IMG/VR virus record: IMGVR_UViG_3300042997_000757
Coordinates: 30,927-94,926 of that record
Length of the DNA: 64,000 nt
Strand: one strand, 5' to 3'
From: a virus
Lineage: Duplodnaviria > Caudoviricetes
In this document: piece by piece, positions 26,399 through 36,991 of the stretch
How positions within the stretch are numbered: the stretch's first letter is position 1
Layout: each line of letters opens with the position of its first letter
Made by a program: the position numbers and the translations under genes
Notes under the pieces: model-generated
What the model was told of the DNA's origin: nothing
Databases searched by the model: none
What the model saw: the letters and a program-made list of their open reading frames with translations, nothing else

Positions 26399-28332
26399 TT
26401 AACTTTATTTCCTTTAGGATTAGCGGCAGTTGCTGCGGGGGCTGGGTCTACCAGTATTCCCCCTACGTCTTGAAATCTTAAGTTGTTATTAAAACTAATT
26501 GTTTTTGGGGTCATTTTTGCGTATTGCAAAGATTCTACAGAGTTACCAGAAGAAGTAGTTATGGTAAACCGTACTTCGTAGTTAATCTCATATTGACTAG
26601 TAGATGTTTTGTCCACATCTTGCCCTGCTTCAGGGCGACCGCTTTCAAGAGTGTATTTTAATAAAATAGTATCTTGTCCATCTTTTATGCTTTGTGGGTT
26701 AAATTCAGAGGTTTGTGATAAAGACCACACGGTGCCAACGTCAAATTTGGTAGCCCCCGGTGGCAATGATGCCGTGTATGCCGAACCACCAGCAGTGTTT
26801 CCTTTATAGGTAATTGTCCACTCACCTCTTTGGGAGATGGATTTAATAGAACCTTTTTTATATTCATTTCTTAAAACGGGATTTGCCTTTACTTGGAAAG
26901 CAACTGTTTGTGTGTAGTCACCATTATCAAATATTAGTTTTGGGCTGAGATTGTTTTCTTCTCCAGAGGCCCCCACAACATGGGAATCAAACATTTTTCT
27001 ACTGATTTCTTTTGTTGCGCTAAGTTCAGCGGCTTCAGTTACTGCTTGTTCTTCTAACGCTTCATCGGCGGCTTTCATACCTGCGGCTAGTTGCAAAGTT
27101 AAATAAGTATCTTTTCTAGCAAAACCTATGTACAAGGCTTGCATAGTTACACCAACAACGCATTGTGTTGGAACCATGTGCGGATTAAACTTATTAAATG
27201 TTACTTGTGTTGAAGTAATAAACCCTTCAACCATAAACAAAGAAGAAAATACAATACGTACTGGTAAAGAAACAAGGAAAGCAGAGTTTCCAAAGTTGCT
27301 TGTCATAGCCGTACGTGCTGCAATCTCATCAAACGTTCCGGGGTCTTGGTCTTGCGCATCTTTTTCTGAACTACTTGATGAAGTACCGCCACCGCCACCT
27401 TCAAACTTTACGGTAGGGGCTTGGGTATAACCCGAGCCTTTAGCAAGTACTTTAATTTCAGTTACTTTTCCATCAAGTACTATGGCTTCAAGTGAACCAC
27501 CTGTACCACCACCGCCACCTTCTAGGGTGACTACAGGAGCAGATGTATAACCGCTTCCCCCGCCATTGGTTCCTTGGATCTTTACTTCTTTAATTTCGTT
27601 TCCGTCTAAAGTAACGGTTGCGGTAGCCAAGGAAGTAGGTTGATCCGATACAGTAAATTTTGCAGCGTAGTCTGCACGTTTTTTTGCGTTAAGGGCAGCA
27701 GCATTTTTAATTACTTGGTTAATGAGACTGGTGTTAACACCTTGTCCAATAATTTCGTCAAAAACAATTAGGTCTGCAAGAACACCAATATCAGTAACAG
27801 CGCTGTGAGGGATAGACAAAGATTGGGATGTCTCACTTCCGGCTGTTTGCAAATTAAGGTTTGCCGGAGCAGTGGATTTAATTACACTTGATCCCGCTTT
27901 GTAAGAACTAGTAACTATTTCTGCTTCACGATTAAACAACAATTCAAAAGAAAAGTTGGCATCACCCGGAATTGCTTGGGTTAGTTGCAAGGGATCTTGG
28001 TTCATCCATTGTTGAATATCATTACGAGCAGTTACGGCACGTACAAGAGTGTCAGGATTAAACTGAAAATGTAAACGTTTTCTAGATAATGCTGAACCAC
28101 CTTTAACACCATCTGAAAGCATACGCATATAACCACGCTGTATTTTTACCGATGTACCAACAGGGGCATTGCGTAAACTTTTTCCGGGATATAGAAAGTC
28201 GGGGTTGTCCCCAGAGATAACACTGTCTGTACGCCCGGTGAAAGAACCAAAAGCAGGTCCTGCGGATGTTCCGATCCCACTACCAATATCACTAAAGTTT
28301 GCAAAGGCGTTTGTTGAATAACGTTCAGCCAT
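26395..28332 (-). CDS. Tail tube initiator-like protein with inserted GSGYT repeats
   Basis: FQFNP motif, F.LLF, GFITS..VTF.KF...MVP..C.V; follows the tape measure. Confidence 0.65.
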   Translation of the reverse strand: MAERYSTNAFANFSDIGSGIGTSAGPAFGSFTGRTDSVISGDNPDFLYPGKSLRNAPVGTSVKIQRGYMRMLSDGVKGGSALSRKRLHFQFNPDTLVRAVTARNDIQQWMNQDPLQLTQAIPGDANFSFELLFNREAEIVTSSYKAGSSVIKSTAPANLNLQTAGSETSQSLSIPHSAVTDIGVLADLIVFDEIIGQGVNTSLINQVIKNAAALNAKKRADYAAKFTVSDQPTSLATATVTLDGNEIKEVKIQGTNGGGSGYTSAPVVTLEGGGGGTGGSLEAIVLDGKVTEIKVLAKGSGYTQAPTVKFEGGGGGTSSSSSEKDAQDQDPGTFDEIAARTAMTSNFGNSAFLVSLPVRIVFSSLFMVEGFITSTQVTFNKFNPHMVPTQCVVGVTMQALYIGFARKDTYLTLQLAAGMKAADEALEEQAVTEAAELSATKEISRKMFDSHVVGASGEENNLSPKLIFDNGDYTQTVAFQVKANPVLRNEYKKGSIKSISQRGEWTITYKGNTAGGSAYTASLPPGATKFDVGTVWSLSQTSEFNPQSIKDGQDTILLKYTLESGRPEAGQDVDKTSTSQYEINYEVRFTITTSSGNSVESLQYAKMTPKTISFNNNLRFQDVGGILVDPAPAATAANPKGNKVK

Positions 28333-31049
28333 TAGTTTCTCCTCATCAAAGCAATTTTAAGTTCTCGTTCAATCGCTCTAGCGGCATCTTGAGAAACCTT
28401 GTGTGCGTCTACTCCACCACCATTAATTGTTATTGGCACATTAATGTTAATAGAAGCGCCTTCAACATAAGTTCCCCCACCACCACTCATCTGCATTGAG
28501 CGAACAGGCATAGGGTCGCCCGTAGTGGGGTACCCCGCTGCCTTTACATATTTAGTAGCAGCGGTGGTGTTTGTATTTTTAGACGAATCCATCCCCCGGT
28601 ATTCACCCCACATATGGAATGTTTTATTGGTGGACTTATAAATAGCATAGGCAGCCCGAGCGTTTACGTCAGGATCGTAAAGTTCTTCGTTTGATTTAAT
28701 ACCAAATTGTTTAAGACGGGAAGGACCTAAGTTTCCACGCATGTTGATTTGCATTAAACCGTAGGACAAGTCTTTTGTTTTAGCATCGGGGTTAAATGCC
28801 CCTGTCACAAACCTAGATTCACGCTGTGCAATTGCCACGGCTTTTACAAGGTCAGCGCCACGGAAACCTGCTTTATAGAATATTCGAGCGACTTCAGTGC
28901 CACTTAATGTTCTGCTTTTCCTATTTGCGGCAGTTGTGGCAGAACTGCTTCCAAGTTTAGAAACTGTTCCTCCCGATGCATCTTGCCCACCGCTACCAAG
29001 GTTCATGCGATTGGCTGTTCTTGCTCCGAGAATGCTGTCCGTAATAGAACTTTGAGAGAACGAAAGGATAGAGTTACCACCACCGCCACCAGATTTGCCC
29101 CCTAGAGACTGGTCAGAGACGATTCCGTCTTTCATGCCAGCAATGACCGCACCGGGGTCTAGACGCTCTGTAGCGCCATTTAAACCCCATTTGGCGCCCT
29201 CTCGTTCGTATGCGCTACGACCGTCAGGTAACTCCGCTGGCTGTACGTGCCAAGGCTCTCCATTGACCCCAGCAAAAGTCTTCAAACCGTATTTGGATGC
29301 GTTCTTTTGAACCCAATCAAGGTCACCCGTAAGGTCAGCCGCAAGACCAATTTCGTGCATTGACATCCCCGGAGGGGTCATGGGTGCAACACCGGATTTC
29401 TTCTTCCAGTACGAACCTTCCCAAAAGATGTCCGTTTTGTCAGAAGTTTTACTGTACCGTTGCAAAAAACCTTGTCGTTGAGTGGCGCTACTGCGGTAAC
29501 CTTCACCAACACCCACGGCGGGGTTGTCTTGCATCATTTTAAGAATACGTTCACGGAACTTAGGGTTTAATTTTGATACGGTTGGAATGTTTGCAGCCTC
29601 GGCAAGGGATTTCTTTTTACCGCCGTAGCCAACGCTGTAGTCTCGTTTGCTTGAGGGCATTGGGTCACCACTAGGACCAGAGAACCCAGATGCACCAGAA
29701 GTAATAAGGGGTATTCCAGCAGCGGTTAGAGCAAGACTGGTACCCCCTGTAAACGGTGCAGCGGCAATGCCACCAACAGCCAAAAGCCCACCAAGGATGG
29801 TTTTACCAATTGCCACATTTTTGTTGTTACGGGTACCCATACGAGCACCAATAACAGCCTGCATTCTTTCTTCAAGTGCTCCAAAGGCTTTAATCAACCC
29901 TTGTGTGTTCTTTTCTAATTGGGCGTAGTTATCGTTTTGTCTTTTATAAAACTGTACGTCACGTTGTTCTTGCACTTGTTGTGTTTTTTCTTGTTGGTTA
30001 GCAAAATTATCTTTGATCCCCATAAGTTTTTGTTGGGAAGGATCATCAGGGTTGTACATTCCCTTCCCACCCTTTTTCTGAAATTGCACATTTTGTTGTG
30101 CGTATTGCAAAACCATGTTTTGCATGTCTTCAGGAAGACCCATTGCGCTAAGGCGGGCACGACTAATCGACCCAAGTTGCATGGCGCCTTTAACCATGCC
30201 CTCATTAGTTAGCCCAGAGGAACGAACTACTTGCTGGACAACTTCCATCATATTTCGTTGACTACCACCGGGACCATACATACCCGTTCCCATGGTCATG
30301 GTCATACGATTGTTTACTTGTGGAGATGCCAAAGTCGCCATCATCTGAGCCATGTCTTGGGTGCTATAGGAGAACCCCGAAGAAGCACGAAGACCCGCAA
30401 TTCCTCGTGCGTTCCCTTGTGCGCTAAGACCTGTTTGGGCTTGTAGTGCTAGAAGAGAAGACGCTCCACCCGTACCCAGTTTGTACTGTGTCAATGGCTG
30501 TAGAACAGCACTAGCAAATCTATTTTGAGAAATTCCTTGTGTTTGCTGGTAGAGCATGGACAATTTGTCATAGGACAATGCTTGCCCGTACATATTGTCA
30601 GTGCGCTTATCAATGCCAGCAACAGCCATGGAACCAAGTTGCATGACTGCTCCGGCAGCAGCACCGTAGGCTCCTGCTTTACCGGCACCACCACTGCCAG
30701 TGAAGCCCCCAGCAAAGTTAGTAAAACCACCACCAGCAGGACGCTGTGCATCTTTTTGCTGAACTGTGTTTGCGTGGTCTTTCGCCCGGTCGGCTCCGCT
30801 ATTGCTAGAACCCCCACTACCGCCATCGGTACTTCTTCGTAAGTTTGCAATCGCTTTAGCCATACGCTCAAGGTTTGACACCAGTTTGGAGTCAGCAAAT
30901 GAACGAAGAAGAGTACCTACGGAAGCAATACCTTTACTGGTGCCCCGAGCATCACTAGAAGCAGAAGAGGTTCCCAAAGGACCGGGCGCACCAAGTTGCC
31001 CGCCAAAAGGGTCACCACCAAGTCCCCCACCTAAAGATGTTTCAGCCAT
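28332..31049 (-). CDS. Tape measure protein with M15-like peptidase and lytic transglycosylase domains
   Basis: 905 aa Ala/Gly/Gln-rich; GYRS...[10 protein letters not shown]...EPWH; AIAQRESRF...SYGLMQIN. Confidence 0.85.
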   Translation of the reverse strand: MAETSLGGGLGGDPFGGQLGAPGPLGTSSASSDARGTSKGIASVGTLLRSFADSKLVSNLERMAKAIANLRRSTDGGSGGSSNSGADRAKDHANTVQQKDAQRPAGGGFTNFAGGFTGSGGAGKAGAYGAAAGAVMQLGSMAVAGIDKRTDNMYGQALSYDKLSMLYQQTQGISQNRFASAVLQPLTQYKLGTGGASSLLALQAQTGLSAQGNARGIAGLRASSGFSYSTQDMAQMMATLASPQVNNRMTMTMGTGMYGPGGSQRNMMEVVQQVVRSSGLTNEGMVKGAMQLGSISRARLSAMGLPEDMQNMVLQYAQQNVQFQKKGGKGMYNPDDPSQQKLMGIKDNFANQQEKTQQVQEQRDVQFYKRQNDNYAQLEKNTQGLIKAFGALEERMQAVIGARMGTRNNKNVAIGKTILGGLLAVGGIAAAPFTGGTSLALTAAGIPLITSGASGFSGPSGDPMPSSKRDYSVGYGGKKKSLAEAANIPTVSKLNPKFRERILKMMQDNPAVGVGEGYRSSATQRQGFLQRYSKTSDKTDIFWEGSYWKKKSGVAPMTPPGMSMHEIGLAADLTGDLDWVQKNASKYGLKTFAGVNGEPWHVQPAELPDGRSAYEREGAKWGLNGATERLDPGAVIAGMKDGIVSDQSLGGKSGGGGGNSILSFSQSSITDSILGARTANRMNLGSGGQDASGGTVSKLGSSSATTAANRKSRTLSGTEVARIFYKAGFRGADLVKAVAIAQRESRFVTGAFNPDAKTKDLSYGLMQINMRGNLGPSRLKQFGIKSNEELYDPDVNARAAYAIYKSTNKTFHMWGEYRGMDSSKNTNTTAATKYVKAAGYPTTGDPMPVRSMQMSGGGGTYVEGASININVPITINGGGVDAHKVSQDAARAIERELKIALMRRN

Positions 31050-31054
31050 AAAAA

Positions 31055-31210
31055 TTAATCTCCACTATTATGCCATTTTCCCATAGATGCCCAGAACTTT
31101 CTTTGACGTTTGGACATTGTGCGTATATCTGACAAAGTGAATCCACTGTATGCGGAGGCTATGAAGTCATATTCCCAATATAGGTTATTCAGATTAACCG
31201 AATAAAAGTG
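31055..31210 (-). CDS. Tail assembly chaperone, second (T-like) reading frame
   Basis: LYWEYDFIA....GFTLSDIR.M..RQR.FW; overlaps the end of the upstream chaperone in the +1 frame; 5' boundary uncertain. Confidence 0.6.
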   Translation of the reverse strand, partial: HFYSVNLNNLYWEYDFIASAYSGFTLSDIRTMSKRQRKFWASMGKWHNSGD

Positions 31211-31973
31211 AGGCCCAATCGAGAACCATCGCAAACTTTTCCTCGCAATGGGCACACTGGGCATTCACCTCCCCAATCTCAGGACCCGGCTGGCTGTCCA
31301 GCAAGGCTTTTACAAGATTGGAGCGGTCTCCCATATTAAGAGATTTAGCCCAGTCAACTGGGTTTCCTTCAATGCCAACGGCACAGCGTGCCAGCATTAA
31401 CGTATTTTGCTCTGCGGTGGTTTTAGCGGATTTCATGGTGGCAAGACTGTCCGCATTAGTAGGAAGTCTTAACTCAACACTTGTGCCGTTTTTCAAGGAG
31501 GTCGTGATGGTATTTTTAATACCTTTTTTCAAAGGCTTTTCTGGAAAGGTAGTGATGTCTACAAAGACATCATTTGGTTCTCCACAAGAAGTACAAGCAA
31601 CTTCGTACTCCCTTACTTTTCCGTAAGTGGCTTCAACAATTGCCATAAACAATTTGTCTCGGTCACCCACAATAAGGTTGTCTACAACGTTTTTGTTTTG
31701 TGAGATATGGATAGATCCAATAGATTCAACGGCTCGTTTTAACAAAAATGACATGTAGTCTGCATAACTACTTCCATTTTTTGCTTCCAAAGAAGCCAAA
31801 GCCTCTTCGTCAGAACCATTCAATTCACGGACAATTGCAGTTGTTTGCCACTCCCCATCACTGTCTTGCAAACCTACATAGAGTTCAACAACACTTTCTG
31901 GGTGAGTGTCCATTCGTGGTACAGGGTCTTCTAGCGCTTTGTTAAGCGCCGACGCCTCAGAGGCGATGTCCAT
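31194..31973 (-). CDS. Tail assembly chaperone (T4 gp26-like, two CxxC)
   Basis: VRELNG.DEE, GDRD.L, CTSC, RLPT, CAHC; between tube and tape measure. Confidence 0.75.
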   Translation of the reverse strand: MDIASEASALNKALEDPVPRMDTHPESVVELYVGLQDSDGEWQTTAIVRELNGSDEEALASLEAKNGSSYADYMSFLLKRAVESIGSIHISQNKNVVDNLIVGDRDKLFMAIVEATYGKVREYEVACTSCGEPNDVFVDITTFPEKPLKKGIKNTITTSLKNGTSVELRLPTNADSLATMKSAKTTAEQNTLMLARCAVGIEGNPVDWAKSLNMGDRSNLVKALLDSQPGPEIGEVNAQCAHCEEKFAMVLDWASLLFG

Positions 31974-32003
31974 ATTATTCTCCTATTTTATATTTTAAAT
32001 TAT

Positions 32004-32684
32004 TTATTTTAGAGCAAGGTTTTCTTCGCCGGTCCAGTCAATGTAAAAACCTTCGTGGTGTACATTCAATGTTTGAACCATGATACCTGTGGTATCCCCT
32101 GCGGAAAGGTCACTCAATGAGTATGAACCGGGCCAGCAGTTGTATAACTTATATTGCAACTTAACTCGACCGGGGGTAACAGTGTTACTTGTGCCATTAA
32201 GAGCAGCACCATCGTAAGCATAACGCAAAGGAAGAGCACCGTCAATGGTGCCACCTACAGGTCCACTACCAGTGTGTGGGTGGTCATATACTTTAACAAG
32301 AATGTTGCAACGGTAATCACCGTCTTTTGCAAGGTCTGCGTCTCCTGAGATTCCGCCACCAACCCATGCGTGCATGAATCGTTGCCATTGCCACAGTTGA
32401 TCTTGCCCAGAAAATGCACCACGAGCAAACGCTACAGGGGCAAAATCAGACTGACCAACAAACTTGTGAGCATGGGTGTTCATTCCACCTTCACGGTATG
32501 TGATGACTTCGTTGTTTACAGACAAACCGCTAACTTGGGCAAAACCAATTTGACCGATGTTTTTAAGGGTTTTACCAAGACCTTTTGTAGTATCACCATT
32601 AATAGGCAAAATTTCTACACGAAATTTAAAGTTACGTAGAGGGTCTGTCCGCTGTGTTAAAACAGTAGTGGTAGGCGTAGTCAT
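32004..32684 (-). CDS. Tail tube protein (T4 gp19-like)
   Basis: DPLRNFKFRVEI, GF..VSGL, YREGG, LYNCWP, L.A. Confidence 0.92.
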   Translation of the reverse strand: MTTPTTTVLTQRTDPLRNFKFRVEILPINGDTTKGLGKTLKNIGQIGFAQVSGLSVNNEVITYREGGMNTHAHKFVGQSDFAPVAFARGAFSGQDQLWQWQRFMHAWVGGGISGDADLAKDGDYRCNILVKVYDHPHTGSGPVGGTIDGALPLRYAYDGAALNGTSNTVTPGRVKLQYKLYNCWPGSYSLSDLSAGDTTGIMVQTLNVHHEGFYIDWTGEENLALK

Positions 32685-32696
32685 ATTTCTCCTTAA

Positions 32697-34244
32697 TTAG
32701 GCGTTCTCGCCAGCCCATTGGCTGACGTTGATAACAATAAATTCGGCTGGGCTAAGTAATGACACACCAATTTCAACGTTGACAAAACCATCGCCAATAG
32801 TTGTAGAGGTGTTGTTAGTGTCATCACAAATAATGTAAAAGGCTTCACTAGCGCTTGATCCTTTGAGGTTTCCGGTTGCCCAGAAATTGGTAAGAGTTTG
32901 TGAAAGGGTGTTGTTAATTTTTGCCCACAACCGTGAATCGTTTGGTTCAAATACGGCAAATGCAGTTTGTGCTTCAACAATTGATTTAACAAAGTTCAGT
33001 GAGCGACGAATTGTGATGTACTTGTCTGGGCGATTTGCTGCCAATGTGCGAGCACCATTGATCACGTAAATACCACCCGGGATAGATCGGATGACGTTTA
33101 CGTTCTTGGTGTTGTATAAAGATGCTTCCTGTGCTTCGGTAGGAGAAACAGTAAGACCAAAGACGTTACGAAGGTCAAGACTGTAACCAGCAGGTGCTTT
33201 AGCAACTCCACGGGTAGTCTCTGAGCGGATGAAGGCACCTGCAACAGTTCCACCGGGGTAGCAGTTGCGTACAGCGGCAGGACCGCTACGAGCAGGATCT
33301 GCTAAGACCAAGGCTGGGAAGTAAACGGCTCCGTAACCCTTGTTTCCACCGTAACTAACGTTGATGGTGTCTGCCGTTGTCGTAAGACCACAGTCAATGA
33401 TAACGAACGAGTCACCACGAGTTGCAGCGTAATCAAGTGCTTTATCTACAATAGCAGTTGTTGTTTGACCAACAAAGTTAATTAAAAGAGGAAGTTTGAT
33501 TGAGTTATAAAGAGCAAGAGCGTTACCCCATGTGGTTTCGTTAACTGTTGCTGAACCAGCAGTACCGCTTGTGAAGGCAGTTGTCGTTGAAGTAGTTCCG
33601 GTATCAACTGTCTCTGTCAAGGTAGAACCAGAAGCAATTACCACTGGTGTACCGCAGTTTACGTAAACTGAGAACAAGTTAAGAACGTCTTTAATGTAAC
33701 GACCAGAAGTTGGGTTAAGACTCAATTCTTGCCAACGCTCTACTTCAACACCATCCAAAGTAAGGGTTAGACCGAACACTGAAGTACTGCTGACGCTCAA
33801 CGTTGTTGCTGTGAGAGAAGTGGTTGTTGATGGGTCAAAGGTAATGGTGGCACGAAGTCCTGTTGAAGCACTTGATGAGTTAGCCCAAATACCAACAGAC
33901 TTTGCTGTCAAAGTAAATAAGTTTACTGAAGTAGGAGAGCCACCTGTGGTCGTTGCTGTTGGGGTTGCAGTTGCAGCAACTGAATCGGAAGCAACAATAC
34001 GGCTAACGTAGGCATCACGACCACCGTTAGCAAAGTAACTGTAGATAGCATAACCAAGGTCGTAGTCATTGGAGAGGGGGCCAAAGGTAGACACATAGTT
34101 TGACCATGAGTTGATCAATACAGGTGTGGTTGGACCACGAAGAGCGGTACCTAAAAAGGCTGCTGCTGTGGCTGTGTTTTGGGTGCTAATTTGAGTTTGA
34201 GAAGGGACTTCTCGAACGTAGACGCCGGGGCGTTCGTATGCCAT
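32697..34244 (-). CDS. Tail sheath protein
   Basis: RPGVYVREV, YFANGG, RGVAKAPAG, GARTL, RR, VFEPND..LW, PAEFIV. Confidence 0.96.
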   Translation of the reverse strand: MAYERPGVYVREVPSQTQISTQNTATAAAFLGTALRGPTTPVLINSWSNYVSTFGPLSNDYDLGYAIYSYFANGGRDAYVSRIVASDSVAATATPTATTTGGSPTSVNLFTLTAKSVGIWANSSSASTGLRATITFDPSTTTSLTATTLSVSSTSVFGLTLTLDGVEVERWQELSLNPTSGRYIKDVLNLFSVYVNCGTPVVIASGSTLTETVDTGTTSTTTAFTSGTAGSATVNETTWGNALALYNSIKLPLLINFVGQTTTAIVDKALDYAATRGDSFVIIDCGLTTTADTINVSYGGNKGYGAVYFPALVLADPARSGPAAVRNCYPGGTVAGAFIRSETTRGVAKAPAGYSLDLRNVFGLTVSPTEAQEASLYNTKNVNVIRSIPGGIYVINGARTLAANRPDKYITIRRSLNFVKSIVEAQTAFAVFEPNDSRLWAKINNTLSQTLTNFWATGNLKGSSASEAFYIICDDTNNTSTTIGDGFVNVEIGVSLLSPAEFIVINVSQWAGENA

Positions 34245-34274
34245 TATGACTCCTAAAAGTGGATACAGGGGTGA

Positions 34275-34934
34275 TTAAAAAGGTTCACTGCTTGGTATAA
34301 TTGTAGTCTTAATTTGAGTAGCCTGCTTGATTCCAACAAAATCAGACGATGGCAATTCTGCCGTCATCTGTAATGTGTATATTTTGCGGAAAATGCGCTT
34401 ACGGTAACCAGCCTCAGGATCGAGGAGGTCAGCCGTAGTCCAATCCAGCAAATCAAACCGACGAGAAGTGTTGTCGGCGGGAATGTATATAGAGTTATAC
34501 CGGAATGGCACAACGTCATAAAGAAGTTTGGCGGTCAGTTGCCTATCGTGGAGAGCACTACGGGTAAATGTAGAAACTTGATACAGAATATCTACAGGAA
34601 CAAACTCTGTAGTACGAGAGTATTTATGGTTAGCAGGAACGGTTAACGTGTCTGATACCGAAGGCCAATAAGTAAGGGCGGCGGGGTTATCTGCCCATGC
34701 GTCCCCTTCTACATAAGCATATTGATTAACAACAGAATGTTGACGGTTACGAGAGTAGACAATGTCAATAAGTTCAATGGTGATAAAAGGGTAGAACCTT
34801 TCGGTTTCACCCTCTGGATACCTAAAAAACACTTGAACTGGACGGGATGCGTTGCGGTCATCAGAAACAGTAAGACCGGTAAAGCGTTCTTTTATAGCCT
34901 CATCTTCGGCTAATAAGAACCCAGAACGACTCAA
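34275..34934 (-). CDS. Tail terminator/sheath-stabiliser-like protein
   Basis: YPFITI.L.D, PVDI.YQV; directly upstream of the sheath; TTG start. Confidence 0.65.
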   Translation of the reverse strand: MSRSGFLLAEDEAIKERFTGLTVSDDRNASRPVQVFFRYPEGETERFYPFITIELIDIVYSRNRQHSVVNQYAYVEGDAWADNPAALTYWPSVSDTLTVPANHKYSRTTEFVPVDILYQVSTFTRSALHDRQLTAKLLYDVVPFRYNSIYIPADNTSRRFDLLDWTTADLLDPEAGYRKRIFRKIYTLQMTAELPSSDFVGIKQATQIKTTIIPSSEPF

Positions 34935-35033
34935 TGGAGGATACCTTGTATGTAGGTTCGTAGAGCCATATGGCTACTCCTGTCGGTCTGGGCGTTGTAT
35001 TGTCACGGCGCTCGCCGGACAAATACTATTTTA

Positions 35034-35573
35034 TCAGTTCGGAATAGACAGTGCTGCGGGCCAAGGAAGGTTTTCAATGTTCATGGCGGTTGGCCCCGGA
35101 TCAAAAGGCATTTCTTGGTTAATGTAAATTTCAATACCTTCAACAACGGCAATAACGTCATCTTTTAGACGACCACGAACACGGTATGACTGTACGGAGA
35201 AGTAACGCCCATCGTAGAAAAACATGTCATTTAAGTGACGCCGGTATTCATAGGGTTCTGCTATACCTGCGGAGCGCATGTCTTCAATAGATATTGCAAG
35301 GTTAGTAAGTTCTACAGGTTGGCGACCTTCGGGGATAGCCCTCTTTTGATCTTCCGTTTCGGAAGCCATGAGCACAGGTAAGGTAATTCCTTCTTTAAAT
35401 TTGCGACCACCAGTTCCGTAGAGACCTTCATCGTAGACATCGTCATAAACAGATGTTGTGGTGGTGTTGGTACCTAAAGGGATGAACTCATACCAGACAA
35501 CGGTTTCCCCATAGTCCCTTTGGTATTGCCTATAGTTTTTCCTAATTAATCCTAGTTCTCGGCGTAAATCCAT
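35034..35573 (-). CDS. Putative head-closure/neck protein
   Basis: 179 aa; position between the adaptor and the tail terminator. Confidence 0.6.
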   Translation of the reverse strand: MDLRRELGLIRKNYRQYQRDYGETVVWYEFIPLGTNTTTTSVYDDVYDEGLYGTGGRKFKEGITLPVLMASETEDQKRAIPEGRQPVELTNLAISIEDMRSAGIAEPYEYRRHLNDMFFYDGRYFSVQSYRVRGRLKDDVIAVVEGIEIYINQEMPFDPGPTAMNIENLPWPAALSIPN

Positions 35574-36376
35574 TAGTAGTACGCATTCGTGGTATAGCCA
35601 GCAGGAGGATCAAGGTCAATAAATACGTCTTCACGCAGTGGCTCATCTTTCTCCGTAATGAGGATTTGCCCTTCCATATCCTCAGCAAAGATACGTTCCA
35701 TTGGCCCATACTCACCAATTTCCTTAGACTTGTAGAGGGGAACAAGGCGGTTGGTAGTACGAGAAACTCGGCGGAGGCTGAATTGCTCAATACGTTCAGG
35801 ACCAATGTTGAGGTTGTTAGCATGTTTACGGTACTCAACTTCCCATTGCTGGCAAAGACTTTGAAGCATACGGAAGCGCTGTGAGCCGGGGATGTGCACT
35901 GACTCTGAAGTCATTACGTCAATGTCACGGGCAAACTCAGTCATCAATGCTTGAAGCGCTTCTACCAGTGCACCAATACCAATAACGTCCAGCACAGCAG
36001 CATTAGCCTGCTCAAGTGGAACATTGATAGTTGGGGTGTGAAAGTTAATTGAGCGGACGCAATAGAATTCAAGGTCGGCGGGAAGAAGCCATTCATAGTA
36101 GTAACCTTCAACAAGTAGTTTAGTGTTACTCGCTGGAGTGTTTGTAAGGCGTAAAATACCATTACGGGCATCAAGAGAATATTGGGAACTTGTTAGTTGT
36201 GTTACAACCGACCCTACTGAAGTAGCAATCCATAATGTAGAAACATCAATGTTTGGCTGACCTAACTCAAAGGTACGCCCAAGAGCATCAAAAGATACTT
36301 GAAAGAACTTGGGAAAATCACGCAAGTAATTTCTTGCAAGTTCAACGGTGTGCTCAAGTGGGGTTAGTTTAGCCAT
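35573..36376 (-). CDS. Putative head-tail adaptor
   Basis: 267 aa; position; IP.SQRF..L motif. Confidence 0.6.
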   Translation of the reverse strand: MAKLTPLEHTVELARNYLRDFPKFFQVSFDALGRTFELGQPNIDVSTLWIATSVGSVVTQLTSSQYSLDARNGILRLTNTPASNTKLLVEGYYYEWLLPADLEFYCVRSINFHTPTINVPLEQANAAVLDVIGIGALVEALQALMTEFARDIDVMTSESVHIPGSQRFRMLQSLCQQWEVEYRKHANNLNIGPERIEQFSLRRVSRTTNRLVPLYKSKEIGEYGPMERIFAEDMEGQILITEKDEPLREDVFIDLDPPAGYTTNAYY

Positions 36377-36382
36377 AGATAT

Positions 36383-36388
36383 ATTTTA
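36383..36388 (-). promoter_or_regulatory. Putative -10 element (TAAAAT), leaderless arrangement
   Basis: AGTAAAAT + 6 nt + ATG(36376). Confidence 0.55.
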
Positions 36389-36538
36389 CTGGTCTCCAGA
36401 ACCTGTGCCGGGAATAGTGTCTTGTTCTGGCTGATTTACCTGTGGCTGTTCTTCACGACGACGGTGAGAAGTTACTGACCTAACCCGAGTGATATCCAAG
36501 ATAGTCCCTGCTGGAACGGCAAGCAATCGTTCTGTCAT
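36386..36538 (-). CDS. Small hypothetical protein (50 aa)
   Basis: Not in the ORF track; TAATG coupling; fills the gap exactly. Confidence 0.55.
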   Translation of the reverse strand: MTERLLAVPAGTILDITRVRSVTSHRRREEQPQVNQPEQDTIPGTGSGDQ

Positions 36539-36783
36539 TACCATTTCCCTTCCGGACAAGTTGCATTCTTTAATCTAACTTTAGCAGGCATTAGACACAT
36601 GCACTTGGCGCATTGTGCTGTAACCATAAGGTGAGGGCATTCTTTGCAGGTTTTCCAACGATTTTCTGCTAATTCATTAGAAGAATAATCAGTATCAGGA
36701 TTTAAAAAATCTAAAGGGCTAACTACCCCTGATGCCTGCCGTTCGCTGTTTTTCTTTTTCCATTCGTGCCATGGTGTTGTCAT
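36538..36783 (-). CDS. Cys-rich small protein (DUF6171-like)
   Basis: R...CKECP......QCAKCMC.M..K......CP.GKW. Confidence 0.75.
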   Translation of the reverse strand: MTTPWHEWKKKNSERQASGVVSPLDFLNPDTDYSSNELAENRWKTCKECPHLMVTAQCAKCMCLMPAKVRLKNATCPEGKW

Positions 36784-36787
36784 GGCG

Positions 36788-36979
36788 TTACTCTACAGGA
36801 GCAACCCAGTCAGTACCATTCCATCTAGACCCAACTGGCAACATTTCGGCAGTTAGGACAAACCGGGGTTCACTAGAAAACAAAGCAGCCATGCTTTCTT
36901 GCATGGCGGGGGGGAGTTGTGCAAGAGGAAGATGGGCAACCACTTCGTCTTCAACTATAGCGTTAACGTATGTAAGCAT
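36788..36979 (-). CDS. Small tail-fibre-associated protein
   Basis: AIVEDEVV...A..SS.P......VGSRWNG. Confidence 0.6.
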   Translation of the reverse strand: MLTYVNAIVEDEVVAHLPLAQLPPAMQESMAALFSSEPRFVLTAEMLPVGSRWNGTDWVAPVE

Positions 36980-36991
36980 ATTAATATCTCC

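Noticed and set aside
20354-34244. Extracellular contractile injection system or tailocin rather than phage
   Set aside because: Terminase, portal, capsid and replication genes are present in the same contiguous segment.
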